Notes under the pieces: model-generated | Databases searched by the model: none | Told to the model about the DNA's origin: nothing | Seen by the model: the letters and a program-made list of their open reading frames with translations, nothing else | Made by a program: the position numbers and the translations under genes | Assembly (NCBI RefSeq): GCF_964204645.1 | Contig: NC_134036.1 | Location: forward strand, 10,705,859 to 10,769,858 | Direction: 5' to 3' | Length of the DNA: 64,000 nucleotides | Source: Tubulanus polymorphus | Taxonomy: Eukaryota > Animalia > Nemertea | Part shown: one piece after another, positions 27,347 through 37,550 of the stretch | Layout: the number at the start of each line of letters is the position of its first letter | Numbering within the stretch: the stretch's first letter is position 1

Positions 27347-27781
27347 TTAATAATTTATTAATTCTTTTAATAATTTATCTTGTTCTTCAACTGTTATATG
27401 AACATTTAAACTTATTATATAATCTAGTGTGTTCTTTAATTTATTAATTTCTTTTATATTAGTTTTAATTTTTTCTTTATTACTTTTTATATTTAATTTT
27501 GAACTTATACCAGTTAAAACACTTGAACTTAATCCTAACACACCAATTGATATGGCTAAAGGTGTTAATGGACTGAAAATTGCTAGAAATGTTATTACAG
27601 AACTAATTGTAACCGAACCACTTATAATCAAATAATATATAATTTTAGATTTTAGATATTTTTTCTTTTTTATCTTTAAGTCACTTTCAAATTCTAATAT
27701 TTGTTTTTCTAAATATGTTTTTAATTAAGTTTTATTTATATCATGAGGAATAATATCAATATTATCAACTTTATCATCCAT
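27347..27781 (-). pseudogene. Small viral membrane protein (two hydrophobic helices), disrupted
   Basis: TAAATG start at 27781; hydrophobic ORF piece 27347-27631. Confidence 0.5.
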
Positions 27782-27800
27782 TTATTTAGCAAAAAAATTA

Positions 27801-28223
27801 CTAATTAGTAAACTTATAAGCAACAAATATAACAATAACAGTTCCGCCTAAAATCCAAATTATTTCATATTTCTGTTGTTCTTTACTTGGGGTATAATAA
27901 TCTGATAATTTAGGTTTGTATAGATGTAATTTTTCTTTATTGGTTACCGCGTTATATAAACTCATTGCATCATCAACTGATTGAAAATCTCTATGTGAAA
28001 TCTTCTGATCATATAATTCTTTATTGATGTAATCCATATAGTTTTGTCTCTTTTCTCTATATTCTTCTGCAGCTTTATTATATTTCTCTAATGCTAAGTT
28101 ATGTCTTCTTTGTTCTCCTAATGAACTATTTTTATCAATATGTTTAAATAAATAACCACCACCAGTAAATGCTAAAGCGTTAACAATTGCTGATCCTATA
28201 ATAGTTATAATTGCAGAAGCCAT
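27801..28223 (-). CDS. 140-aa viral protein with N- and C-terminal hydrophobic segments
   Basis: Intact ORF (GSAIVNALAFTGGGYLF..EQRRHNLALE) with a TAAATG start. Confidence 0.65.
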   Translation of the reverse strand: MASAIITIIGSAIVNALAFTGGGYLFKHIDKNSSLGEQRRHNLALEKYNKAAEEYREKRQNYMDYINKELYDQKISHRDFQSVDDAMSLYNAVTNKEKLHLYKPKLSDYYTPSKEQQKYEIIWILGGTVIVIFVAYKFTN

Positions 28224-28239
28224 TTATTTAGCAAACAAA

Positions 28240-28470
28240 TTATGCATTTATATGGGAGGAATATATTTTTCTTTTTCCAAATAATCAATAGTTAAATTAG
28301 ATAAAGTAACTGCTAACGTTAATTTTAAAATATCATTTATATCAAATCTATCAACATTAACACTTCCCATTTTAAATACTTTTTTTTAATACCATTGAAT
28401 AACCAACAGTTCCAACTGATAGTAATGCTCCATTATATAATCCAGTTATTATCCACTTATTATCACTCAT
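28240..28470 (-). pseudogene. Small hydrophobic viral protein, apparently frameshifted in an A-run
   Basis: TAAATG start at 28470; reads MSDNKWIITGLYNGALLSVGTVGYSMVLKK / VFKMGSVNVDRFDINDILKL..DYLEKEKYIPPI. Absent from the ORF track. Confidence 0.5.
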
Positions 28471-28827
28471 TTATTTATCAAAAAAATTACTATCATCAAA
28501 ATATTTAGTTATCTTATTTATGATTAATTCAACATTTATTTCATTACTAGTTTCATTTGTATATATTTCAATTATTATTTTTTTAATATCATCGATGATA
28601 AAATCTGCATCTAATTCATAAAATCTTAAAGATTCTCTAATTAAATTAGTAATCTTTTCTACATTTAAAGTTTCTTTATCTATTGTTGTTTCATACTCAA
28701 ATGTTGTTTCATTAGAAAATGCAATATTTTTGATATGTGTAATTACATCATTAATGTTAAATTTCATTTCTTTCTCACGTTTAAAATCAAACCCAAAACA
28801 TATACTCGGTCCAACAGTTATATTCAT
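28471..28827 (-). CDS. 118-aa acidic viral protein of unknown function
   Basis: Intact ORF with a TAAATG start; its stop abuts the next ATG. Confidence 0.55.
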   Translation of the reverse strand: MNITVGPSICFGFDFKREKEMKFNINDVITHIKNIAFSNETTFEYETTIDKETLNVEKITNLIRESLRFYELDADFIIDDIKKIIIEIYTNETSNEINVELIINKITKYFDDSNFFDK

Positions 28828-28843
28828 TTATATAGTGAAAAAA

Positions 28844-29600
28844 TTACTCTCTACATCTTATAACTAATTCATAAATTACAGGAAAGATATTCAAATCAAT
28901 TAAATATCCATTGTGATTTCTTATTTCTAATTTAAAATTATTGAAATGTGGAATACAAGGTTTAAAATCACATTCAGCTAAATTATAATTTATTTGCGTT
29001 CCAAATTGTTTAACATTTTTTAATGGTAAAATATTTAATATACTAGAATTACAAATTGTATCTTTAGTTGCTTCAAATGTTTTTGTTGGGTCAATTAAAT
29101 TGCAATAAATATAAAAATGTGTAAAAGGTATTAAGTTTGATCTACCTTCTGCGTATGCTGTAACAATATCTGGGTTAATTCCTAACAGTTTACCTAAAGG
29201 TTTTCTTACTGTAAATTTAAATTGTTCGACATTAGCTAACCTAATCTTTATTTTATTAGAACTATCACTTTTTAAAATTCTAATACTAAATCCGGAATCA
29301 CTTCCTAATTTAGCTCGAGCTTTTCTATTAATTTCTTGTGCTAATGTATCTAAATTATATAATCCTGGTTTTAAATATAAAAAAACCATTTATTCCTTTT
29401 TTATAAAAGATTGAAAAATTTAAATGTTCTAGACTTTTATCCGATACATTATAAAAAGAATTACATAAACTTATATTTACTAATTTTAAATCAACACAAT
29501 TCTTAAATTCTCTATCTAATTGAACTATTAAATTATGTGATTTATAATTTGTAAGTCTTCTAGAATCAACAAATATTCTGTATTCTTTTAATTCTACCAT
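28844..29600 (-). pseudogene. Minor capsid (penton, single jelly-roll)-like protein, frameshifted in a T7 run near 29380
   Basis: IFVDSR..HNLIVQL..NSFYNV / PGLYN..FYIYCNLID..ILNILPL..LEIRNHNGYLIDLN follows the Polinton/PLV penton pattern. Removing one T joins the two ORFs. Confidence 0.65.
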
Positions 29601-29619
29601 TTATTTTACATATTTTCTT

Positions 29620-29967
29620 ATTCGAAATCTATTTCATGGTGCCCCTTTTCATTCTTACCTTTGTATACGAAATAGAAATCTCCAGAACATAATTCTTCTA
29701 AATCTTCACTTGATAATCTATGAAATCTATCCGGTAAATATGTTCTGAATTTATATGTATTTCCTTTTAATCCTTCATATTCTAAGTGTATAACTAATTT
29801 ATCTCCATAGTTATTAGTAACTGTATCAATATTTGTAATTAGATATTTCTTATGAATTGTTAATTCTGTTTTTTGAATTTATAATCTACAGATTTTACAT
29901 TTGTTAAATCTTTAATTCTATCTAGAAATAATTTGTTGTTCTCACTGTGTGCTTGTTTACTCTCCAT
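29620..29967 (-). pseudogene. Small beta-rich protein (possible OB-fold/ssDNA-binding), frameshifted
   Basis: Start TAAAATG at 29967; contains KKYLITNIDTVTNNYGDKLVIHL..YLPDRF. The fold assignment is a guess. Confidence 0.35.
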
Positions 29968-29996
29968 TTTAATAACACATTTTTATTAAAATTTGA

Positions 29997-30290
29997 TTAA
30001 CACGTTAGAATTCTTTTCATTATCTCGTTCTCTTTTGTTTCTTCTCTTTTAAATTTTAAGTATTCATCTAAATTACATCCATAAGCAACTGTATGAATTA
30101 CATCATCTAAAATATATCTTTTATCATCAAATGGGTTTAGACTTATCTTTTCAATTTCTTCAATAAACATTTCATGATCTTCAGATCTTAAACATCTCAT
30201 CTTATGTTTTCTAACTTCTTCATTGAATATACAATTGATATAATCTTTGAAATGAATATTCTTTTCTACTACACTTTTTGTTATTAGGGT
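29997..30290 (-). pseudogene. C-terminal fragment of protein-primed DNA polymerase B
   Basis: ITKSVVEKNIHFKDYINC..LRSEDHEM..KISLNPFDDKRYI..TVAYG is a typical Polinton pPolB C-terminus, of a different lineage from the pPolB at 57908. Confidence 0.8.
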
Positions 30291-30916
30291 TTTCTGTTTC
30301 TTCACAGAAAACCCTATTGAAATTCGCGTGATTATTATTATTTTTTTTTCCCTTTTCCACATAGTTTTTGTTAAAAGTATAAAGGCTTCCTTACCTTACC
30401 GCTGTCGCCGATACAATCCGTATGATGTCCTTCAGCTCACTTCAATCTCCAGATACTGCATGGGAATTTTGATAAATCCACGTTATAAAGGTGTAACCTT
30501 CGATCTGTGGAGGTAAACCCGGTTCTCCGCCATCTGTAACCGGCTGGTTGTTGTATCGGCAGGCTGACTGGGGAACTAGCATTTACACCAGCGGTACAGG
30601 ATTCCATCCATTAGGAACAACAAGGCAGTTAAACCTTATATGTACAATCTTTATTGCATCCCGGAATGAGAATGATTATCATATCTTTACATAGTCTTTA
30701 TATACAGAATCATGAGTATAATGTGAGAACTAGGTGTCAGACAAGTTGTAGACATCAGGACTCACAAACAAACACCTAGTTACATGTTTGAGAGACATTG
30801 ATTAATTATCAATGAGCACTGACTATAGCTAATTATCGTGAAAACATGTTGAGTAATGTCACATGTTGATTACGACCTTAAAGCACATATTGACACTATA
30901 GTCATAAGTTATATTA

Positions 30917-30956
<40 letters not shown>

Positions 30957-30957
30957 C

Positions 30958-31018
<61 letters not shown>
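30917..31018. repeat. (ATT)n microsatellite
   Basis: Directly visible. Confidence 0.98.
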
Positions 31019-31489
31019 CATATTCTTTTTCACACTGGATCGTACTGAAAGGATATAAACAACTGCAATTTACTTTCACTGTCGGTGAAACCATTCTGTA
31101 TCACAAGTACTACGCTGCATTGACATATACTGTATATGATATTAATTAGAATTGCACTGTTTACTCACTGTGAGCCTCTAAACATCGAAATTTAAGCCCG
31201 ATTCAAACAGTATCCATATACGTATGTGTATTGCCTACGTGTCATTCCCACAGCACGTCCTAAATACGTGTGTTTGTGTCTGTGTCCTTATATCGATAGA
31301 GCTGTATTGTTCTGAATCTGTAGTAAACACGTAAGCAGTAGTGATATTTTTATCTCTTACTCCTACGAATCGATCGTTGAATTAGGACATTGCTCGACTG
31401 AACGCAACTGTGGAATTTTTAATAGCCTTGTTTGTGTTTGTGCCGTATACAAGTTAGAGAGCTGGCAACACTAGTAGTGAGCATCATAG

Positions 31490-32700
31490 GCTTTGATACT
31501 TCGAATTCGGCTAGTAACAAGAATATTGCTCAACGGTTTTACTTGAAACTTACGTTAGATGTACGGAACACAGGTACCTTGAGGTAAGTCTAATGGCTTT
31601 TTGATTGGGGACCCCGTTCACCCACCAGGGGGCGTTTTACTTTTGAAAATTCTGACATGGAAAAGTTACTGTGTGAGAAAATTTTTGTCTTTGAGTTTTC
31701 AGCTTCGGCCGGGCACGAAAGTTGTTCATGACAGCCTGGAGGCTAAAAAAGTCAGTGGCACGCCCTATCTGCGATTAACCGTTTGGGCTCTACGGGCTCG
31801 AAAATGGGACACCAAATTTTTCAAAGCGATTTTTGCTCCTAGCTCCTTAACCGGTGGAGATAGAATTGTGGTTGCAGCGAGTGATCAGTAGCCCTTGACA
31901 AGACGCTTGTATTGATGTATGGTATAACTATGTAACTCACATGGTTCTCCAGTAGCGCCACCTATAAGAGGCTGGAAAACACATTTTCATCTATATCGAC
32001 TAAGGGTATCAATGGATTTCTATAAGAATTGATACACATGTACCTGGTTACTAAATGCAACGAACCTCCCACATGATTAGTTCCTATTTTAACCACTAGG
32101 GGGCGTACATTTTGAAAAATCGATTTCGGCATCCATTTTTTCGTATGTAATGCGGTCTGTTTATTACAAAACTTAGTATAAGTACAAAGACACGTGTGTA
32201 ATATGCCAACCTGCATGATTAGTTCATACAACTGCCACCAGGGGACTGTGAAAACAACGATCTTTGCTCCTAAACCGTTGGTCATAGAATCGAGGTTGAA
32301 ATGTGTGGTTAGTAGCCCTTTACAAGACACTTGTATTGGTGTATGGTTTAAGTAGGTAACTCATATGGTGCTCCAGTAGCGCCACCTACAAATTGTTGGA
32401 AATGCATTTTCATTGATATCTACTTATCGGATGGAGGAATTTCTATGAAAATTGATACACAGGTACTTTGCTACGAGGGAATGGTAGAACACTGTATCAC
32501 CAAGTTATTTTCCCTAAACTTGGTACATCATTACTTTGCACTTAAGAGCCATGGGTCAACATATCCATGATATGGGCTGACCCATGATACAGGATAACCC
32601 CTAGGTGGCGCTTCTTCACAGATAGTGGTACGTAATGAACTGATTTCAGTGAAATCTTTTGCAACCTTCCTGGTACGGTGTCTAACCCGGCAAGGCAGAA
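31490..32700. repeat. Non-coding repeat-like element with internal ~110-bp duplication and CTCF-like motifs
   Basis: 31887-32000 is similar to 32311-32423; CCACCAGGGGGCG at 31622, CCACTAGGGGGCG at 32093, CCCCTAGGTGGCGC at 32598. Confidence 0.5.
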
Positions 32701-33429
32701 ACCCGTTATCGCTGCTTTGCAGCTATATTTTCTTTTATATTCTAGTCTCCGCGAAATAAGCAGGTTGACTGTATTACCGTTGACTAATGGTTCGTTGAAA
32801 ACCCCGTCAGTGGACATAGATTCAGCCATGTCAAATGCGGGAAAAAATATCCCGAGCCTATCGTCAATTGATATCAGTGACATTAGACGCACGTGCAGCC
32901 GCTGGGCCGAAGCTACGGGCATCGAAGACCCCAGAATTGCAAAAAAATTATGGTTGCTTGTTCGCCCTAACAGAGTTGGTAAGTTATGCCTTCTTAACTA
33001 ATCGTAAGCATCTGTATGTGTGAGCAGAATGACCTTTAAAAGCTTGTCACATTTTTTTTTAGTTTCTTACACAATTAAATCTTACGGATTTGTGTTGCTC
33101 TGAAGGGTTGGAATCTTTCCTACGTGAGTCTGTCGTGCCAAGAGGTTATCAAGCCCATCAGGTGTTTGGGGTCGACATTAGGTATGAAAACACCTTACTC
33201 AGCACCTTAGCGGATGCCCCAGCACATTTCAGCAAACACGAGGTAAACTTGTGTGTATTTATGTCTAAATCTAATGACAACATTACTCAAACCACAGTAT
33301 ATTCATCACATATTGTATATTCTTTCGGACGTTTTCAGCTTCATAGAATCATAGCTATCACTCATCATTCACTAAACGGCAAACAAGAGCGCTGTCTTGC
33401 CGTTGGAATAAGAGCACTGAGCGCCGAAA

Positions 33430-34760
33430 TGCGGGCAAGGCAATCGACTATAACGATAAGCGAGAAAAAACTGAAGGATGGGGTTTTGGAGATGGGGGAC
33501 GTTGTGGGCGACATTCGAGAATCGGGGGAAGTAATGTATCGTCGGCAGTAATTCCGCTTTCTCAAATACCAACCAAACTAGTCGACGGATTATTCGCTGG
33601 AATGTATGTTGTTCGAAATGAGCGGAAATTCTATCACCGTTCAATCGTAAACGAAGAAATATTTTTTTTCCAGAAAATTCTGAGCCACGACTTCGGGACG
33701 TCCAAGATCCAAAGAAGACGATGGAATCGATGGAATTGGCTAGACAGAGAGCAGGTTAGAAAATGCCGAACTATCAAAATGTATGAATATATAAAATATT
33801 TGTTAACGTAACGACCAAAAAAACAGAGAATTATATTGAATAATTATTATTTCAGAGTCTCCTGAACAAATGTCATTTGAAGCACCGAGTGGTGCAAGTA
33901 AAACACCCGTGTCTCCTGAACAAATGTCATTTGAAGCACCGAGCGCAGGTAAAATACCTTAACAATTCAATAAAAAAGAAATAACCATCAAGTTGATTAA
34001 ATATAAAGAAATCAAAAACTGAGAATCATATCTAATAGTTTTTCATTTCAGAGTCTACCAAGAAAGTAATTGCAGAATCAATTGTAGAGCCGAATGCCGG
34101 TAAGAGAAAACATAAGATTCATATTGAAAATGACTTTTGAAAATTTAAGAACGAGTATATATGGTTGTATAGCTATCATTTCAGACACGATGGAAGTCAC
34201 CGTAAACTTTTGACCACGGCTTCGGGCACGTCGGGTTATGTCGGCAAGACCAAATGAGCAGAGATCAGGTACCTAATTAACAATACGAGTAGTTTCTTTA
34301 GTAAAAATAATGCGTGATGAAAGAACTGTCATTTCCAGAATCAATTTGCAATGTACACGTAGATGACATACAAGAATCGCTGCAAGGCCGTTCATCGAGT
34401 ATTTCAATGGGTAAGACAATGAGATTTAAACGTAATAATGTACATGCACATAGTTTACTAGGGTTGTATCAAATAGTTACACGTACATCATAATACATTT
34501 CTTAAAACAATTGCAGAAGACCTCGCAAGAACATTGGAGCAAGTCGACAAGACGAAAAGGAACGAAAAATAAGAAAGAAGATGTATGCGTGGTCCGTGGA
34601 TCTTACCACGTTGGGAACAAAAAAAACAACTAACGTGATTCAGTGCGATTCTTGCTGCCGATGGTTCCATTGTGAATGCGTAGGAATCAAAAGCGCCCAA
34701 TTAAAAATCTACAGATCGGGAAAAATCGTACAAATGTCAATTGTGTACTACCTGAATCAT
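33430..34760 (+). pseudogene. Micro-exon gene remnant ending in a PHD finger
   Basis: Repeated TTTCAG acceptors and GTAA donors with short exons; the last exon encodes VIQCDSCCRWFHCECVGI; frames are disrupted. Confidence 0.5.
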
Positions 34761-36229
34761 ACTACATTCACAGATGATATATATAACGTTCGATATTACT
34801 AGATGAACATTCATTGTAAATACTAAGGAAATATCATTTATTCCAGAAAATCGTACAAGTGTAAATTGTGTAAATTGTCTAGATCATATCATTACATTCA
34901 TAAATGCTGAAATTATATTACATATATTTTACATATATATTATATTACATATATTTTATTATATGAACATTCGTCGTAAATACTAAAAAATGTCATTTAT
35001 TTCAGGAAATCGTACCAGTGTAAATTGTGTCCTACATGTACCTAAATCATATAATTACATTCAAAGACATTATATTAGATAATTGAAATTATATTAGATA
35101 ATCTTGCCAACTTCAATTATTGATCGTATTAATCGATATCGCGCACTGAGCTTCGCGCCATTTTGTGCTAATGCTGTGAGATACAGACTTGGAGTGACTC
35201 GGGAGTGCTCCGAATACATCGTCAGTAAATGTGGGATTCGAACCTAATATGATAAGATTTTTAGTAAACATCCGCCACTAGTTCGTAGAATTTTCGGAAT
35301 TTCTATTAACATTCTCGTTTTTTGTCAATCCTGAATTACGTAACCCGGAAATAAAATTTTCGACATTTTCCGCTACAAATGTGCGATTTCTATCCATACA
35401 ATAGGCCTAACTTAAAAAAACAAAATGTGACGAACTAGATATTAGTATGTAGTTTATATAACTATGTAATTTTATGGGTCTCTGTCATTGTATAATGTCA
35501 AAAAAGTGACACTCGTCTGTAAATTTGCACAATTATTAAAATTTTTTTTGGCGCCCATAATAATCGTTTTACGTTTCGTCTTTTTACATTGCACATAGTC
35601 ACTAAACTGCTTATTTCTACTGTTAAGTTTTTTAAACAGTTGATTGAGATCAATTAGATTTCATTCTATTCAAGTGAAATTGTGTCCTTGTTAAAAAAGA
35701 AGTGAAAATTAAGATGGTATTCAAAATCAAGCAAAATTAAATTTTATTCGACAGAGTTATGTTTAACGCAGGAGCTTTTATGTGTTAATAGTGATATGTC
35801 TTCAACTTCAAAACAACCCATTCTCATAGACAGCAAACATGACACTTATATAGGCCTAAACTAGAAATTGTTGCAGTCTAGGTGGGCGAGTGATAGGCCT
35901 CTAACGTCTACTATAGTTTCTCGAGCCTTGGCGCTTATCAAGTCTGTCTATTTCATATAGTATAAGCCTTTTACGGCTTTTCGACCTTGTAAAATTACCG
36001 AATCAAATACATGTAGTTTGATTAATGTATAGGCCTAGGTCCTTTGCATTTGAGGTCTCTCGGGCCTCCAAATGGTAATAACTATTGGTACATTTTTTGT
36101 AATTGTAGATGTATTTGTCATAGTCGGAATAGATTTGTCATTCAACATAGTCGGGTTCGTCATAAAGGATTGAGCAGAGTCGTAATCGATGAAGGGATTC
36201 AGTAATCGTTGAACACAGGAGTAAGTTTC

Positions 36230-37550
36230 GGAGTCGTAATCGTTTAACGGAGTCGCAATCGTTAAACGGAGTCGTAGTCGCTGAACGGAAGCGTAATCAT
36301 TGAACGGAGTCGTAGTCGCTGAACGGAAGCGTAATCGTTGAACGGTGTCGTAGTCGCTGAATGGAGTCGTAATCGTTTAACGGAGTCGCAATCGTTAAAT
36401 GGAGTTGTAGTCGCTGAATGGAAGCGTAATCGTTGAACGGAGTCGTAGTCGCTGAATGGAGTCATAATCGTTTAACGGAGTCGCAATCGTTAAACGGAGT
36501 CGTAATTGTTAAACGAGTCGTAATCGTTAAACGAGTCGTAGTTGCTGAACGGAGTCGTAATCGTTAGACAAGTCGTAGTCGCTGAACGGAAGCGTAATCA
36601 TTGAACGGAGTCGTAGTCGCTGAACGGAAGCGTAATCGTTGATCGGTGTCGTAGTCGCTGAATGGAGTCGTAATCGTTTAACGGAGTCGCAATCGTTAAA
36701 TGGAGTTGTAGTCGCTGAATGGAAGCGTAATCGTTGAACGGAGTCGTAGTCGCTGAATGGAGTCATAATCGTTTAACGGAGTCGCAATCGTTAAACGGAG
36801 TCGTAATTGTTAAACGAGTCGTAATCGTTAAACGAGTCGTAGTTGCTGAACGGAGTCGTAATCGTTAAACGAGTCGTAGTCGCTGAACGGAGTCGTAATC
36901 GTTGAACGGAGTCGTAATCGTTAAAAGAGTCGTAGTCGCTGAACGGAGTCGTAATCATTAAACGAGTCGTAGTCGCTGAACGGAGTCGTAATCGTTGAAC
37001 GGAGTCGTAATCGTTAAAAGAGTCGTAGTCGCTGAACGGAGTCGTAATCGTTAAACTAGTCGGAGTCGCTGAACGGAGTCGTAATCGTTGAACGGAGTCG
37101 TAATCGTTAAACGAGTCGTAGTCGCTGAACGGAGTCGTAATCGTTGAACAGAGTCGTAGTCGCTGAACGGAGTCGTAATCGTTTAACGTAGTCGCTGAAC
37201 GGAGTCATAGTCGCTGAACGGAGTCGTAATCGTTGAACGGAGTCGTAGTCGCTGAACAGAGTCGCAGTCGCTGAACGGAGTCATAATCGTTGAACGGAGT
37301 CGTAGTCGCTGAACGGAGTCGTAATCGTTTAACGTAGTCGCTGAACGGAGTCGTAATCGCTGAACGGAGTCGTAATCGTTGAACGGAGTCGTAATCGTTG
37401 AACGGAGTCGTAGTCGCTGAACGGAGTCATAATCGTTGAACGGAGTCGTAGTCGCTGAACGGAGTCGTAATCGTTGAACGGAGTCGTAGTCGCTGAATGG
37501 AGTCGTAATCGTTTAACGAAGTTGTAATTGTCAAACCTAGTCGTAATCAT
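36230..37550. repeat. 18-19-bp satellite (AACGGAGTCGTAATCGTTG / AACGGAGTCGTAGTCGCTG) with higher-order blocks
   Basis: Directly visible; block ~36270-36565 recurs at ~36571-36866. Confidence 0.95.

Larger units (their letters stand above)
25100..30300 (-). mobile_element. Fragment of an AT-rich endogenous Polinton-like virus
   Basis: Abrupt AT-rich island of ~10 tightly packed, intronless, co-oriented genes including a pPolB C-terminus and a penton-like gene; shared TAAATG starts; no termini seen. Confidence 0.8.

Noticed and set aside
29384-29395. Additional TAAATG promoter at the ORF start 29389
   Set aside because: It lies inside the penton coding sequence (GING) next to a frameshifting T-run and lacks the upstream T7 element, so it was not counted.
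30856-31149. Poly-Leu / poly-Asn ORFs
   Set aside because: These are translations of the (ATT)n microsatellite.
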